From the NCBI RefSeq assembly GCF_023055435.1, contig NW_025963780.1, positions 44,888,001-44,952,000 on the forward strand: 64,000 nt of DNA, written 5' to 3'. This document shows positions 23,373 to 37,599 of this stretch, one piece after another (the stretch's first letter is position 1; every line of letters begins with the position of its first letter). Source of the DNA: Haliotis rufescens. Lineage: Eukaryota. The position numbers and the translations under genes were made by a program. Below the pieces are notes generated by a model. That model was not told where the DNA came from. It did no database searches and saw only the letters and a list, made by a program, of their open reading frames with translations.

Positions 23373-26300
23373 GAATGCCTATCAAATATACATAAGCGTT
23401 ACACTGCCTGCAGGTAACGAAGATAACGATATTGATTTTGCTAAACTCAGTGAAGATGGTTTACTTCTCGCCTATAATAGGAGTGGATATTGACATCAAT
23501 ATCAGGGCTCTATATGAATATTAATTATAAGCGGTTTGGTCAAGCACAAGTACGCCAGGATAATGGGTACTGGACCTACTTGTACAAAACAATTTTAGTG
23601 CTACAATTATTGTAAATCCTTACGATCCCCATGTCAGGCTTCCGCTACTAGCACCACACAGTTGCAAAAAGCGATTGTAGGCATAGATCATTGTAAGCTA
23701 CAATCGAAACTTACAATCTAAGATCGTTGTTGTCACCGAATAGACTTGACAACATGGCAAGACAGGGTAATATAATCTGCTTTACGTTTAAACATTGCCT
23801 CTTAATTTTGTTAAACTGTGTGATTCGAATCGATGTTTCAACAACCCGAAGAACGCACCACAGATTTAACGTCAAAGGTATCGTTAATTGCGATAGTGAA
23901 CCACATGATTTTCGAGTCGATAGCTAAAAGTACCATTCCCACCCAACTCGATGCTGAAAGAAGTGTGAAACAACATACCTTTTCGCCAATCAAGGGAAGG
24001 ATAAAAATGTAAGGTGTCTGCAAGCCATTGGTAATGGCTGTGGCCTTTTTGATAATTCAAGTTCATCTAATCATAGTTTACTCTCTAGATGGAAGTGGTT
24101 TTCCCTTTGTATATAATAACTATTACCCTGGCAATATATATTAGATAACTGCTTACTTGAAATATTATTTATTATTTGTATCACCCTACCATGCATCCTT
24201 CACATTGCTCGTCTTTCTGTGTTTTGAAAAGGTAGTCATGGCATCTTTTCTTGTAGCATCAAAACGCATCCGTGTAGTATATATTTAGGCTTTCATGAAC
24301 ATCTCCCCCATATATGTGCGTATTAAAAACTGACCTTATGACAACATTGGCCGATAATACAGTTACGTGTTCTGTTATAAGGAAATATTATTATCGTATA
24401 TTGTAATTTTCATAACAATTATGTCACTAAATCTTGAGCCAAATTAATGAATATATCTCTTCGTATTTCAATAGTTTCATAAAACATGGGTAGGTATTTC
24501 TCTAGTTGCAACATCAAACTCAGAACTCCTACATAACGACAGTATCAAAGAAGTAAAACATGATATGCTATCATTCAAGTCATCGCTTCCTTCAGATAAT
24601 TGGGAACATTTATAAAACTGTGCAATTGGCAATGGCGAAATGTACGTGCCGTGTTCCACTTAAGGAATGAAGCGTTTCATGGTAAATTTGCTCACGTGAG
24701 GCACTGTCTTCATCAGCTGATGAACGTCAACAAATACAACTTCAATCCTTATATTGACAGATACATAAATCATAACAAAACTAGCCATTCAACATAAAAC
24801 TTTAATTATTTAAAGCGAACTATATCAACGCGGAGAGTCGCGACATCGTGACATTATCCGTCCCAAACATTCCATTTGTAGTGACATCCCTTGGTTTTAC
24901 AAACAGTAGAAAATGGCGGCTACGGAAATGTCATTCACTTGAACTGAGCACCCAGAAAAAGTTAGAGTTGGAAGAAATCCAGACCCAGTTGATGATGAAA
25001 ATGGATTGATATTAACGTTCTGTGAACTTTTGCTGTGTGTTTGAGTCATACTACGGCTGCTGATGACGGGGAATACCGCTTGATGCGGCGAGGTTGGATT
25101 TACCGAAGCAATACACGACAGTGTGGAGCTCAGTGATTTCTTTTGGTAAGTCGAGCATTCTCTGTTAGAGCTTCGAATGGACGCTTTTCGACATATATGA
25201 TCTGTCTGGATTCAAAGCTCGCATCATTCATAGCCTGAATCGATGTCGTCAGCTGTCCGCCAGATTGACAACGTAATCACGTGACATACTGATGTTCATC
25301 GGGAAATGAACGACGGTCAGCTTGGTAGTGTTCACCTAGGCGAGGTCACCCGCTACTGTCAATATTTTGGTTCGCGCCGCAAGTTCTGCGCGTAAAGGGT
25401 ATATTTTGGATTTGTAACGTTGATAATGTTATTTTTTATGACTGACAATACAGCATGTATTCACTGACGAAGGAAGGTTAGTTAAGTTTGCTAGTGTAAC
25501 ACAAGACTTGTTTTATGTTATAACTTGTTTGTACGTACATGTGCTTTGCTAGCATTTCGTTCAAAGAAACGAACAGATAATACTCCCATCTTGATCAGGG
25601 ATATGTTTGGTCATATTAAACCCATTAAAATGGTCAAGTGATATCAGGTGATTGATAAATGTGCCCACGTTTGTCCAAAATGGATATTATTGAAAAATTG
25701 ACCAGGGAAATGCGTTTAATGACCCGACCAAAGAACACGGTGCACGTGCAAAAGCTCTGGAAACATATTTCACGTGCAGCACGCAGGGTCGACTCACACA
25801 GTGTTCTCACAGCTGAGCATGGAGTCCTTGAGGTGATCGGGTTCTCAGAATGAATGTTAGCCATATTAAGCAATGGATTAGATCACTAGGATTTGGATGT
25901 TTAGTCGTTTAAATTGTCAGTTGAAACCCTCTACGTTCCGAGCCAAGGGTTTAACAGACCATTTCGACGATAAAATATCGGATCCGAGTGGCCCAACTCT
26001 ATACTTGAAATGCCACTGCAAATCATTATATGGTGCCTTTCACCTTTATTGTTTATGTCGTTTGTTATTCACTTTTTATATTGCAATAAATAAATATGGT
26101 AAACAATAATTACCTCACAAGCTGCTTATTTCATTATTTTGATTATTTATGTTTTTATTTACCCAACAAATATGTATACATAGAGAAATGAGTGGACTTT
26201 CGCTCGGTCAGATACCATAGAAAGTTCACGAGTTTCGTAAAAATGGTATCTAACGAGAATGAGTGTGGAATTTCATTTATTCCCCACGTTAAATATATAT

Positions 26301-28691
26301 TTAAGTGTAAATTCATAACAACTTTCGTTTGCAAAATCTGGTTGCGTATGAATATTGATATATGCCCAAATATGGGCATTGTTGACATTTCTATGCATAC
26401 GCATTGACAACATGCGCCGACGCTCAAGATCCTTTTGGAAGAAATTCTTCAACTTATGGTAATTCAAGCGCCATGTTGTTAGTACGAAGGGCACCTATAA
26501 GAAAATTTGAAAAGTCACATAAGCGCCGCGCTTTGAATATCGGACCAACAGTCGGTCACTCGCACTGCCCGTGTCCCGTCTGTGCAATCAAAATGGTTCG
26601 GTTTCCTTGATCTATCAGCTGAACTTATATCATGTTCGTACCATTTTGGAAGAGGGAAATCAGAGTGTTCGCCAAAGACATTCATGTTAACTGTACCACC
26701 CTATACTGAAGACGTGAAAGTCAACAAAGTCAAGTCTGCTTGCATGTAAGTGACAGCTTCGAACGATCAAAAGGCAAGGTCACCACCGAATTATGAAAAG
26801 ACAACCGTGGTCTACTCACAGCTTTTTACGCTAGAGATAGGGAATGTTATTGTTCACATTTGGGATGTTTGGGGCCACAAATTCAGAAGTCAGGCACACT
26901 TCCACGGATTTTTCGAAAGATTTGTATCTGGTCGTGCAGTCGTGTACGTTCATTCATGAACAACACCTCCCGAAACAGCGCCACAAAATACGCTTCGAAG
27001 GGGACACTGATGGCACAACCGGATCATCCCAAGTAAGTCTAGATATCTGTCCGGATAATTAAACACACTTCATTTCACCACGCTTATCCTTTTACGTTAA
27101 ATCAAATTGAAAGTTGCGAAAGTGGTCGGGTGCGTCACGCTCATGGGGGATCCTCGCTCTATTGATCGGTAGTCGTACATTGTAAATGGATATAACTCGA
27201 TTATATATAATGTCTGTAGAAGCTCTATGCATAACTTATATAGAATGCAAACCGAATTTGATGCATGTGATTATTTTGTTTTAATAAAGTGTTTGTAAAT
27301 ATCTCTCGTTCTCATTATTAATTTCTTCAGTTCTGCCTTGTAGTTGCAAAATGAATGGCGTCTGGCGATTTTTTATGAATGAAAAAAGTAGTCCCGGTGT
27401 AACAGAGGTCACGGTTATCAAAACGAATAAAACAAGGTCAACCTTGTACGACACACATGTGACGTACGGATTTAGTATCTTACCACCTGTATCTTCACCA
27501 CGTGGGTAATAAAGTCAGATATTGTTTTACATTCACATGTGTTTCAGATTGTCACATACAATTTTCAGTACATCAAAAACATCATCATGTGACATTATAT
27601 CATGTATATACATACATACATTTTACCATACCAAAAGAATTTGTGTATAGATATAGCGGTTGTACAGACATTATGTACATTATAATATTGTATTCGTTTT
27701 GTGCACTGTACACATGTTTTTTGCTGAAAACATGTATTTTGTCCATATAGACATAATAACTTAAACATACTGTAGATATAGCTGCCTATTTAATGACTAA
27801 CTCACACAAAACTGTAGACAACAATAATGCAATACAATCACCGACCGTTCTATTATCAGCCAATCAGGAAACTGTTTTCTGTTAAGGAAATGATTAAAAC
27901 GCAAAACATTTTGCTTGGTTATCCAATCAAATGCAATTGATTTATTCTTGCAGTGATAGAATCAACGGATAAATACTTGGATCCCTCAGAACGACATCGA
28001 CACATACATGTGGACGTACTTTATCTTGAAGAAAGGTCTAACATGTTGGGGAAATTTCAGAATCTCAGTACAAACTGAAAAAAATGAGATTATATATAAC
28101 AAGTGAAACCAAAGAAAGGTAGGGTTGGTGAAATGTTATCTCCGCGATAAGATGATATTGTTATTTCTAATCTAGTATTCGTAGAGGGGGAAACAACAGA
28201 ACTTGTCAAGTCGATTTTCTAAATTTATGCTGCTAATGATCGTGAGAATATCAGCTACAGATTCGTTTCGTCGTTGCTGAGAGAGTTCACCAAACGGGAG
28301 TAGTACAGCCTTGTACAACAGACAACAATCATGCCATTTGAGTGGAGATGAAACTTGTTAGGCTTCGTCATGACTTGCTTATCTGTGAATGCAGTCTTTA
28401 TGAAGCCAGTTCAATGAAGCAAATCTTGTTATTTATCACGTGCCGAGCGACTGAATTATATAACGAAGTGATCGCTGACGTTAACGTCTCTTTCAGGTAA
28501 CGTGATCATGTAATTACGTTGGTGCTGTGCCAATCTGAGTTCTAAATGTGATTTGGATGCAGCTATGTACTCTGGATCAACATAACTTTGCTGGTAAAGT
28601 CAGCAAACATATGCGTAATCAAGGAGAAATCCCACCTACATTGTATGGGAGAACTATACTTTGTCGTCCAATATTTCCAATTACAGTACAG

Positions 28692-28951
28692 ACCCGTGTG
28701 GATCTGTGTCAGAATGCTTGCTGTAGGAGGAGACTATGCTTGCTGTAAGAGAGGACTATGCTTACCGTAAGAGGCAACTAACGGGATCGGGTGGTCGGGA
28801 TCGGGTGGTCAGGCTCGCAGACTAGGTTCAACCGTATCCCAGTTGCGTGGATCGTTGCTCCTTATGTCAATCACAGAATTGTGTGCTCAAGATGCGATAT
28901 TTACAGTCCGCCGTCATGGGATATTGCTGCGTGAGGCGTTACAAAACAAAC
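28692..28951 (+). mobile_element. Family A element with triplicated hairpin unit
   Basis: ACCCGTGTGGA head; three TGCTTG..GTAAGAGG..ACTA-like units; TSD ATTACA(G/A)TACAG at 28680 and 28952. Confidence 0.82.
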
Positions 28952-29010
28952 ATTACAATACAGTTCCATGCAATTTTGTCCAGTATCTTGTATAATAGTA
29001 TAGTATACCA

Positions 29011-29430
29011 TGCAGTGTCTTCCAAAATGCTCCACCTCAGGGCAGTATCAAAAAGTGTCTTCAAATATGCCCCACCTCAGTGCAGTATCAAGTAGTGTTT
29101 TCCAATATGTCCCACCCCAGTGCAGTATCAAGAAGTGTTTTCCAATATGCCCCACCTCAGTGCAGTATCAAGAAGTGTTTTCCAATATGTCCCACCCCAG
29201 TGCAGTATCAAGTAGTGTTTTCCAATATGCCCCACCTCAGTGCTGTATCAAGTAGTGTCTTCCAATATGCCCCACCTCAGTGCAGTATCAAGTAGTGTTT
29301 TCCAATATGCCCCACCTCAGTGCAGTATCAAGTAGTGTTTTCCAATATGGCCCACCTCAGTGCTGTATCAAGCAGTCTCGTCCAATATGCCCCACCTCAG
29401 TGCTGTATCAAGTAGTGTTTTCCAATATGC
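29011..29430. repeat. 40-bp minisatellite, ~10 copies
   Basis: Unit TGCAGTATCAAGTAGTGTTTTCCAATATGCCCCACCTCAG. Confidence 0.95.
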
Positions 29431-29602
29431 AGTACAGTATCATGACATCCAGCATGGCCTACCAATCTTACTCTTTATTCGTAAGGACCGCTATCAAGAA
29501 GACTGGCCCTCTCCGCCACATTAAACCATCACAAGCCTGTAGGAAATCACGACGTCGTAGAGTTTGATATGCTTCAGCCGCTTTTCACGTCATTATTTGT
29601 TC

Positions 29603-29878
29603 GGGGACACGGATGGCCCGGTCGTCTCAAGCGCCGCAATTGGCTATTCAGATTTGCTCCCCTTTCGGCATGCCAAGAACCTATGATTGTGGGTTCGAAT
29701 CCCCGTTCGCCCGCACTACGATCATAGGTTTGTCAGCACCATGCCCGTGCTCGTGGGTTTCACCAGTGAGGACGCCTGAGACCTACATCACTTTGGGCGT
29801 TTCCTCCCACATGAAGCTGACACGCCGTGATGTAACTGGAATACTGTTCAAAGCGGCGTTAAACCCAAGTTATTCGCT
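29603..29878 (+). mobile_element. Family B SINE, diverged
   Basis: Colinear with 9378-9661, including the B box and GCGGCGTTAAACCCAA tail. Confidence 0.85.
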
Positions 29879-30156
29879 AATAATTGATCCTGTTCACATT
29901 TGAATTACCATACTGGTATGATCATATGTTGGTACGTGAAAATATTTCAGCGAATACGTGAAATGATCAAATCATTGGTCAATCATTTGCAATCCTGATG
30001 TACAGGAGTTTTACGAGCTGAACATTCGTGTACGCCCCTCGATGTTCAATTATTACAATTATTATTACTCTTTCATTTAATTCGTACAACATCGTACTCC
30101 ACGCAAATTATAATCATTTCCATATTTAATCATAAGGTGTGTCTGCTATATCATCA

Positions 30157-30308
30157 GGGGTGGTGGGGTAGCCTTGTGGTTAAAGCATTCGGTCGTCACG
30201 CCGAAGACCCGGGTTCTATTCCTCACATGGGTACAGTGTGTGAAGCTCATTTCTGGTGTCCCCGCCGTGATATTGCTGGAAGCGGCGTTAAAACCTACTC
30301 ACTCACAA
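30157..30308 (+). mobile_element. Family C SINE
   Basis: Colinear with 18969-19129; TSD CTATATCA(T/A)CA at 30146 and 30309. Confidence 0.88.
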
Positions 30309-31479
30309 CTATATCAACATAGGTTTATGAATTCCCATCAAATAGTGACAATAACAGGTTTTCGCGAAAAGGTGAACACTCACTTACAGATCCACAAGAA
30401 CGGGGACATACATTATGGTAAAGTTAACTTAGGAAACTGTACAGGACCCCCGTCTGGTCACTGATGCGTCACATTTGGAAATATTCTCCACGTGATTAAG
30501 ACAAACCATTGTGAAAGCTTTGCTTAGACCTCGAATGCTGTAACTCTGAGCATGTGTCGTATGACGTTCGATTGTACCTCAAAAGTTGTGAAATGAAGAC
30601 ACAAATGCCTGGACTTTTGGAACCCTTGCTATGAGACACCTCATCGATGATCATGACATCAAGAAAATCAATAACCCAAATCAGTCAAACATAAAATTCT
30701 GTTAAGTGGTGCTTCAAACATTGTCGGTATGTTCTTAGCCTAACGCCACACCTTCTGACTGTGTCTGACCCCAGTGGCCCATGGCCAAAGAGCTGCTTCT
30801 GGTAAGAAGTAATTATGTTCGTCGAGACATTTCAAGCACGTACTGGCCGCACCGATCGACCTTCATTACATACTCTCTTACTTTGGATAGTATGGACGCT
30901 ATCAGGTAATCAATAACTAAAACATGCATTATTTAACTAATATTCACAAATATGAGCCCGTATAGCACTTAGACAACTTGTGGCATTGCTGTAACGACTG
31001 GGAAACACAAGGTCACTTATATTTCAATGTATCAATAATCTGAAGCAAAAAAACCATTTAGAAATTGGTTGTTGGAACAATTGAGTTATTTTGCCGGTTT
31101 ATTGGAAATATGTTCGGTTGATTTTAGCATGAGAACATAATGTCAAAAATGAAAATGATGAACAATATATCATTATATATCGCTAAAATGATATAGGCGG
31201 ATAAATCAATGCCTAGCAAATTAAGAACATGACAGCAGGAGTCCCTCCAATCAAAACTGTCCGATGGTGCTTGGTCAGCTGAAACAGTACCAGTGCAATA
31301 GGCAGGCAAAGAACACTAAATCATTTACAAACGTTTTGTTTAAAACAACAATTGCAAACATCAATTACTATGGTACTTTCATTCACATTCACAAACTTTC
31401 TGAATTCCCAAATTTCTATAACGATCACGATTACTATCTCGGTGCATTATCGTGCGCCAAGGGTGTATATTGAGTCCGT

Positions 31480-32290
31480 TAATATTTTCATTTTTTATAA
31501 ATGAATACGAATAAACAATACGTAACCGTTGTGCAATCGGTATTCAGTTACATCCAGATGTTGTTCAACTCTTTCGTTGATTATTTGCGGATGACATTGT
31601 AATGTTCTCAAGTACAGTTGGTGACTTGTAAAAGCAAATTGACCCATTAGAAAGTTACTGTGATAAATGGAAACTGTTCCAGTAGAGTTTAAACTAAATA
31701 GCTGTAAACCTACTCAAGAGGAAACATGGTCCTTAAAATGTGATACTCTGGATGTATGCTCTCTGAATATTTCGGTGTTCATTTCAGTGACACTCAAATT
31801 GGTCTATATGTGCAAGAGAAGCATCAGTCGAAGACAAGAAGATCTTATCTGGTATAATGAAGAATATACAAATGCTTGGAGATACAAGTTATAAGTTATT
31901 CTTGAAGACTGTTTTGTGTTTTAATTAATGTAATTTCTCTTTTTACGGTGCTGACGTATAAAACAATCCATTGTTATTGAAAAGGTTCACTTGTATGCAT
32001 GTTAAAGATTTCTTGGTGTAAAAATCAACACATATACGAGTAGTGTATGGTTTAGTCGCTGCATATGTTCACATGTAAAAGTTATGATGTACTGGTTCAA
32101 ACTCCTTAAACTGAATTCATCGAGATACCCTAAGAAATGTTACAATACGATGATGTAATATGACACGAATCGAAAGAATAAAAGGATAACTGATGTGAAA
32201 AAGTCGTTTTGCAATTGTGGTTTTGGAATTTTTTTGTATAAACGATCTGGACAATCTGAAAGTGTATTTATCAATTCTGTTCTACAAGAG
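31480..32290 (+). pseudogene. Highly decayed non-LTR reverse transcriptase relic; clade not assignable
   Basis: LFADD at 31581-31595 followed by IVMFSST..DL*KQIDPLESYCDKWKL; later IEKVHL, YWFKLL, RYPKKCY fragments; many stops. Confidence 0.7.
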
Positions 32291-32299
32291 GCTACAATG

Positions 32300-33090
32300 T
32301 GATGAACCTTTCGGCTACTGGCATGTATCCGACTAGTGGAGCACAGGGAGAGATAGCCAATATGTTCGATGTGTCACAGTCTGTAGGTTGTAGACTTTGG
32401 AACAGATTTATGCTGACTTAAAATAGTAACGATCGGACCCGCGCAGGGCGCCTTGGTTCGACAACACAAGTCAAGGATCCCTCAATCAGAAACAAGGCCC
32501 AAAAAGTCAACAACATTGCTGTTCACTTGCGCCAGACCACCGGAGTCGCTGACCAGGCGATGAGAAATCGTCTGAATGCAGCTAATCTGCATGCACGACG
32601 ACCACTTGTTGTCCCACCGTTAATGAATCGACGAATACCCAGAGGACAATGAATGGGTGGGTCTGTAATGATATGCAGCTGGATCTCTATGACTGCCAGA
32701 ACACCACTGTATATTGGCTGTGGAAGGATCACAGAACAGTGCTATCGAGACAACATACTGGCGCCAATAACTGTGCCGTTTGGTCATTTAAGACGGTAAC
32801 GGCCTGCTAAAAACCGTGCACGTATCGTAACTGACTACCTCCAGCAGCTGAACATTACCAGAATGCAATGGCAAGCCATGCGCCCTGACCTTTACCAGAA
32901 CATGACCGCGAGACGTGTACACCGACGTCACAGGCCACCGCTACGTCATCCGGACAGGGTCATCCGGTGCGGACGAAAACTCAAATTGTCATTCATGCCG
33001 TAAAAACGAATGTTTGACCAATCGTGGGGACATGGCCCATTCTTGATGTTTTCATGTTTTGACTGCACACCCCCGTCTTTCGTGGTTGTT
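32300..33090 (+). pseudogene. Internally deleted Tc1/mariner transposase relic
   Basis: Fragments EIANMFDVSQSVGCRLWNRF, RNRLNAANLHARRP, GGSVMI, YRDNILAPITVP, QWQAMRPDL. Confidence 0.72.
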
Positions 33091-33093
33091 TGC

Positions 33094-34299
33094 GCCCTTA
33101 CAACACACCGCAAACCTGATCTGTTGTTTGTCATGTTAAACCACCCCTTACAACATACCGCCAACCTGATCTGTTGTTTGTCATGTTAAACCACACCCTT
33201 ACAACACACCGCCAACCTGATCTGTTGTTTGTCATGTTAAACCACCCCTTACAACATACCGCCAACCTGATCTGTTGTTTGTCATGTTAAACCACACCCT
33301 TACAACACACCGCCAACCTGATCTGTTGTTTGTCATGTTAAACCACCCCTTACAACACACCGCCAACCTGATCTGTTGTTTGTCATGTTAAACCACACCC
33401 TTACAACACACCGCCAACCTGATCTGTTGTTTGTCATGTTAAACCACACCCTTACAACACACCGCCAACCTGATCTGTTGTTTGTCATGTTAAACCACAC
33501 CCTTACAACACACCGCCAACCTGATCTGTTGTTTGTCATGTTAAACCACCCCTTACAACATACCGCCAACCTGATCTGTTGTTTGTCATGTTAAACCACA
33601 CCCTTACCACATACCGCCAACCTGATCTGTTGTTTGTCATGTTAAACCACCCCTTACAACACTCCGCCAACCTGATCTGTTGTTTGTCATGTTAAACCAC
33701 GCCCTTACAACACACCGCCAACCTGATCTGTTGTTTGTCATGTTAAACCACGCCCTTACAACACACCGCCAACCTGATCTGTGGTTTGTCATGTTAAACC
33801 ACGCCCTTACAACACACCGCCAACCTGATCTGTTGTTTGTCATGTTAAACCACACCCTTACAACACACCGCCAACCTGATTGTTTGTCATGTTAAACCAC
33901 ACCCTTACAACACACCGCAAACTGATCTGTTGTTTGTCATGTTAAACCACACCCTTACAACACACCGCCAACCTGATCTGTTGTTTGTCATGTTAAACCA
34001 CACCCTTACAACACACCGCCAACCTGATCTGTTGTTTGTCATGTTAAACCACACCCTTACAACACACCGCCAACCTGATCTGTTGTTTGTCATGTTAAAC
34101 CACACCCTTACAACACACCGCCAACCTGATCTGTTGTTTGTCATGTTAAACCACACCCTTACAACACACCGCAACCTGATCTGTTGTTTGTCATGTTAAA
34201 CCACCCCCTTACAACACACCGCAACCTGATCTGTTGTTTGTCATGTTAAACCACACCCTTACAACACACCGCCAACCTGATTGTTTGTCATGTTAAACC
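33094..34299. repeat. 51-bp satellite, ~24 copies, some shortened variants
   Basis: Unit ACCACACCCTTACAACACACCGCCAACCTGATCTGTTGTTTGTCATGTTAA. Confidence 0.97.
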
Positions 34300-34942
34300 G
34301 TGTCCTTCCTTCAGCATCACCTGTTATCTCCCTGTATTTCTGTAATTATCTGTTATTTTCGAATATCCCTACTTTTTGGAGAGTATCCAATGAAACAGGA
34401 TGATGCCCCGAAGCTGTGGGTCTGTTAACACAAGTACAATATCGCTGCATGTTTTAAGTCTTTATTTGATTAAAAAGTACAAAACACGCAGTGCGAAACC
34501 TAAAACATGCTCTCAGATTATTAATTCCCATTCCAAAAACGTTATGTTTTCAAATACTGGCACCATATTCCAGATTATTGGCTTTACAGCTTAAAAAGAA
34601 GAGAAGTTTCCGAGCCTCAGAGCTTATTGTTTAGTGGTTGAAACTTCCCAGCTGCAAGCCAACAAAACACACACATCATTTAAATACGAGGGTGCGAAAA
34701 ACAATGAAAAACTGTAACGTGGTAGAGAAAGCCAGGCAAAACATTATTTTGATTATGTTTCAGATACGTCCGAAGTATGTGGACGTCATAGGTTGAAATA
34801 ACAAGTTATGGTATTGATGCAATTCCTTGTGTGATGGTTATAGGTGGCCGTTTGTAAACATTTTGGCTTCTACTGCTAACGCAATTAACTGCTCGGTATT
34901 AATTTTTGACTGCAAAGTGAAACAAAAGTCAAGGCTTCTCAC

Positions 34943-36287
34943 AGTGAGTGGATCGGAGGAGTTGATGAGTTGATGAGTAATCTGTGGATAAGTAGATCAG
35001 TGGATGAGTGATCAGAGGATGAGTGGATGAGAGGATAAGGTCGATGAGAGGATCAGAGGATGAGTGGATCAGTGGATGAGTGGATCAGAGGATAAGAGGA
35101 TCAGAGGATGAGTGGACCAGAGGATGAGTGGATCAGAGGATGAGGTGGATAAGTGGATCAGAGGATGAGGAGGATGAGAGGATGAGTGGATCAGAGGATC
35201 AGAGGATCAGAGGATGAGTAGACCAGAGGACGAGTTGATCAGAGGATGAGAGGATGAGGTGGATCAGAGGATGAGTGGATCGGTGGATGAGACGGATCAG
35301 GGGATGAGTGGATCAGAGGATGAGTGGATCAGAGGATGGGAGGATGAGGTGGATCAGAGTATGAGAGGATGAGAAGATGAGGTGGATCAGAGGACGATGT
35401 GGATGAGAGGATCAGAGGATGAGTGGATCAGGGGATGAGATGGATCAGAGGATGAGAGGATCAGAGGATAAGTGGATCAGAGGATGAGAGGATGAGGTTG
35501 ATCAGAGGATGGGAGGATTAGTAGACCAGAGGACGAGCGGATGAGAGGATAAGGTGGATCGGTGGATGAGATGATCAGAGGATGAGAGGATGAGGTTGAT
35601 CAGAGGATGAGTTGATGAGTGTTGATTGATCTGAGGATAAGTGGATCAGTGGATGAGTGATGAGAGGATAAGGTGGATGAGTGGATCAGAGGATCAGTGG
35701 ATGAGTGGATCAGAGGATCAGTGGATGAGTGGATCAGAGGATCAGTGGACCAGAGGATCAGTGGATGAGAGGATGAGAGGGTGAAAGGATGAGTTGGATC
35801 AGAGGAAGAGTGGACCAGAGGATGAGAGGATCAGAGGATGAGGTGGATCAGAGGATGAGAGGATGGGTGGACCAGAGGATGAGTGGACCAGAGGATGAGA
35901 GTATCAGAGGTTGAGCGGACCAAGGATGAGTGGATCAGAGCATGAGAGGATGAGTTGGATCAGAGGATGAGGTGGATCAGAGGATGAGAGGATGGGTGGA
36001 TCAGAGGATAAGTGGATCAGTGGATGAGTGATCAGAGGATGAGGTTGATCAGAGGATGAGTGAATCAGAGGATGAGAGGATCAGAGGATGAGTGGATCAG
36101 AGGAGCAGAGGATCAGAAGATGAATGGATCAGAGCATCAGAGGATGATCGGTTTAGAGGATGAGTGGATGAGAGGATGAGTGGATCAGAGAATGGGTGGA
36201 TCAGAGGATAAGAGGATGGGGTGGATCAGAGGATGAGATGGATCAGAGGATGAGTTGATGAGTGGATGAGTGATCTGAGTGGATGAT
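34943..36287. repeat. Purine-rich degenerate short-unit array (GAGGATGA / GTGGATCA)
   Basis: Visible 7-8-bp subunits; its last ~520 bp recur at 42519-43038. Confidence 0.93.
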
Positions 36288-36352
36288 CCCGTTTGTCGCC
36301 TCTTACGACAAGCATTAGTCTCTGAAGGCCAAATCCAACCGAAACTTCACGT
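36286..36352 (-). mobile_element. Family A head fragment (duplicated at +6751)
   Basis: Reverse complement reads CGTGAAG..TCGGTTGGATTTGGCCTTCAG...ATGCTTGTCGTAAGAGGCGACAAACGGGAT. Confidence 0.75.
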
Positions 36353-37599
36353 CACCTTATAATTAATATGAATCACATGCTAATAAATAATTAACGATAT
36401 GTTGGTCTTTGATAGTTTCAGACTACATAAGGACTTTTCAGATGTCCACCACATGATGTTTATATTGTTTCTAGTAAACACAAAACTGTTTAAAAAGAAT
36501 TCGAAAATTATAATATGAATATGAATAAGGTTGAATATAAAATTCCCTTTTTACATGTTTGTTCTCAATAGACAATAAAGAAATGTTATACCCAAACATC
36601 CTTGTATCAACCAAAATACGTTCACTTTCTAATAATGTAACTGAAACGCTTTAAAGCTGCATGATTTTATTTGATTTAAACATACACTATGTTAAAGTGT
36701 TCAATGTGTTATTTATGTGTTATAAAAGATAAGTTGTAATTCAAACACTCAAAGCATTGGAAATGTACGCTATGCCTGTGGCATTCTGGGTAGTGAAACA
36801 AAAGATTGAATGTTAATATCTAACCTGTGCTAATAATCTGCACATGCGTGACCTTTCGGTCCACCCCACATCCCCTTACTGATTGCACTTTCCATATAAA
36901 AAATGACACGAAGGAGTGTTGTTATTAACTGTAAAAAACTCAGTCTGCATTTGATGTCTTTTATGAGAACATTTTAATATGCCACCATATATTCCAGAAT
37001 GTAAAGAAAGAAAGAAGTTTGGGATGGTTGTGAAACAACAACATGTTTTATTAAAGTCCGAGTGCATGTTTCGTGATTGTTTTATTGTCAATGTGACGGC
37101 ACCACACGCAACTCCAGTCTTATTTTCGGTGGGAAGGCGCATAAAAGAAAACAGTCGCAATTTATTGTACATAAAACAGTATTAAACATAACATATTTGA
37201 AATATCATTCAAGAAAGAATGGCTCCTTGAAAACAAAGCGCCTCGTGTGTGTCGTTTGATAGGCAATTTAATGTCCATGTTTACATCCATTGTAATGCAT
37301 GGCATGGTTCTTCAAAGGATAGGAGAGAAACGAATATAGTTTGTGGGGGCGGAACAGGGTGTACTCAGGATTGTTATGAAAGTTTCGTTAGGGAGTCTGA
37401 AAATTATATTCGCATACAGTTAAACCTCGTAAGTTTTGACCCCGTTTATCCGGAAACCCGCTTTCCGGACGGCAGCCGTTCAGAGGCATTTACTAACTAT
37501 GACACGATGCATTTCAACATGGCGATGCTATCTCATACCGCGGCCTTCACAGAGAGTCTTCACACCTCCCTACCCACTGGCACCTACTTGCATGGGTCG

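Noticed and set aside
26155-26427. MSVGACCQCVC ORF as a THAP-domain start
   Set aside because: No downstream THAP W, C..HF or P motifs.
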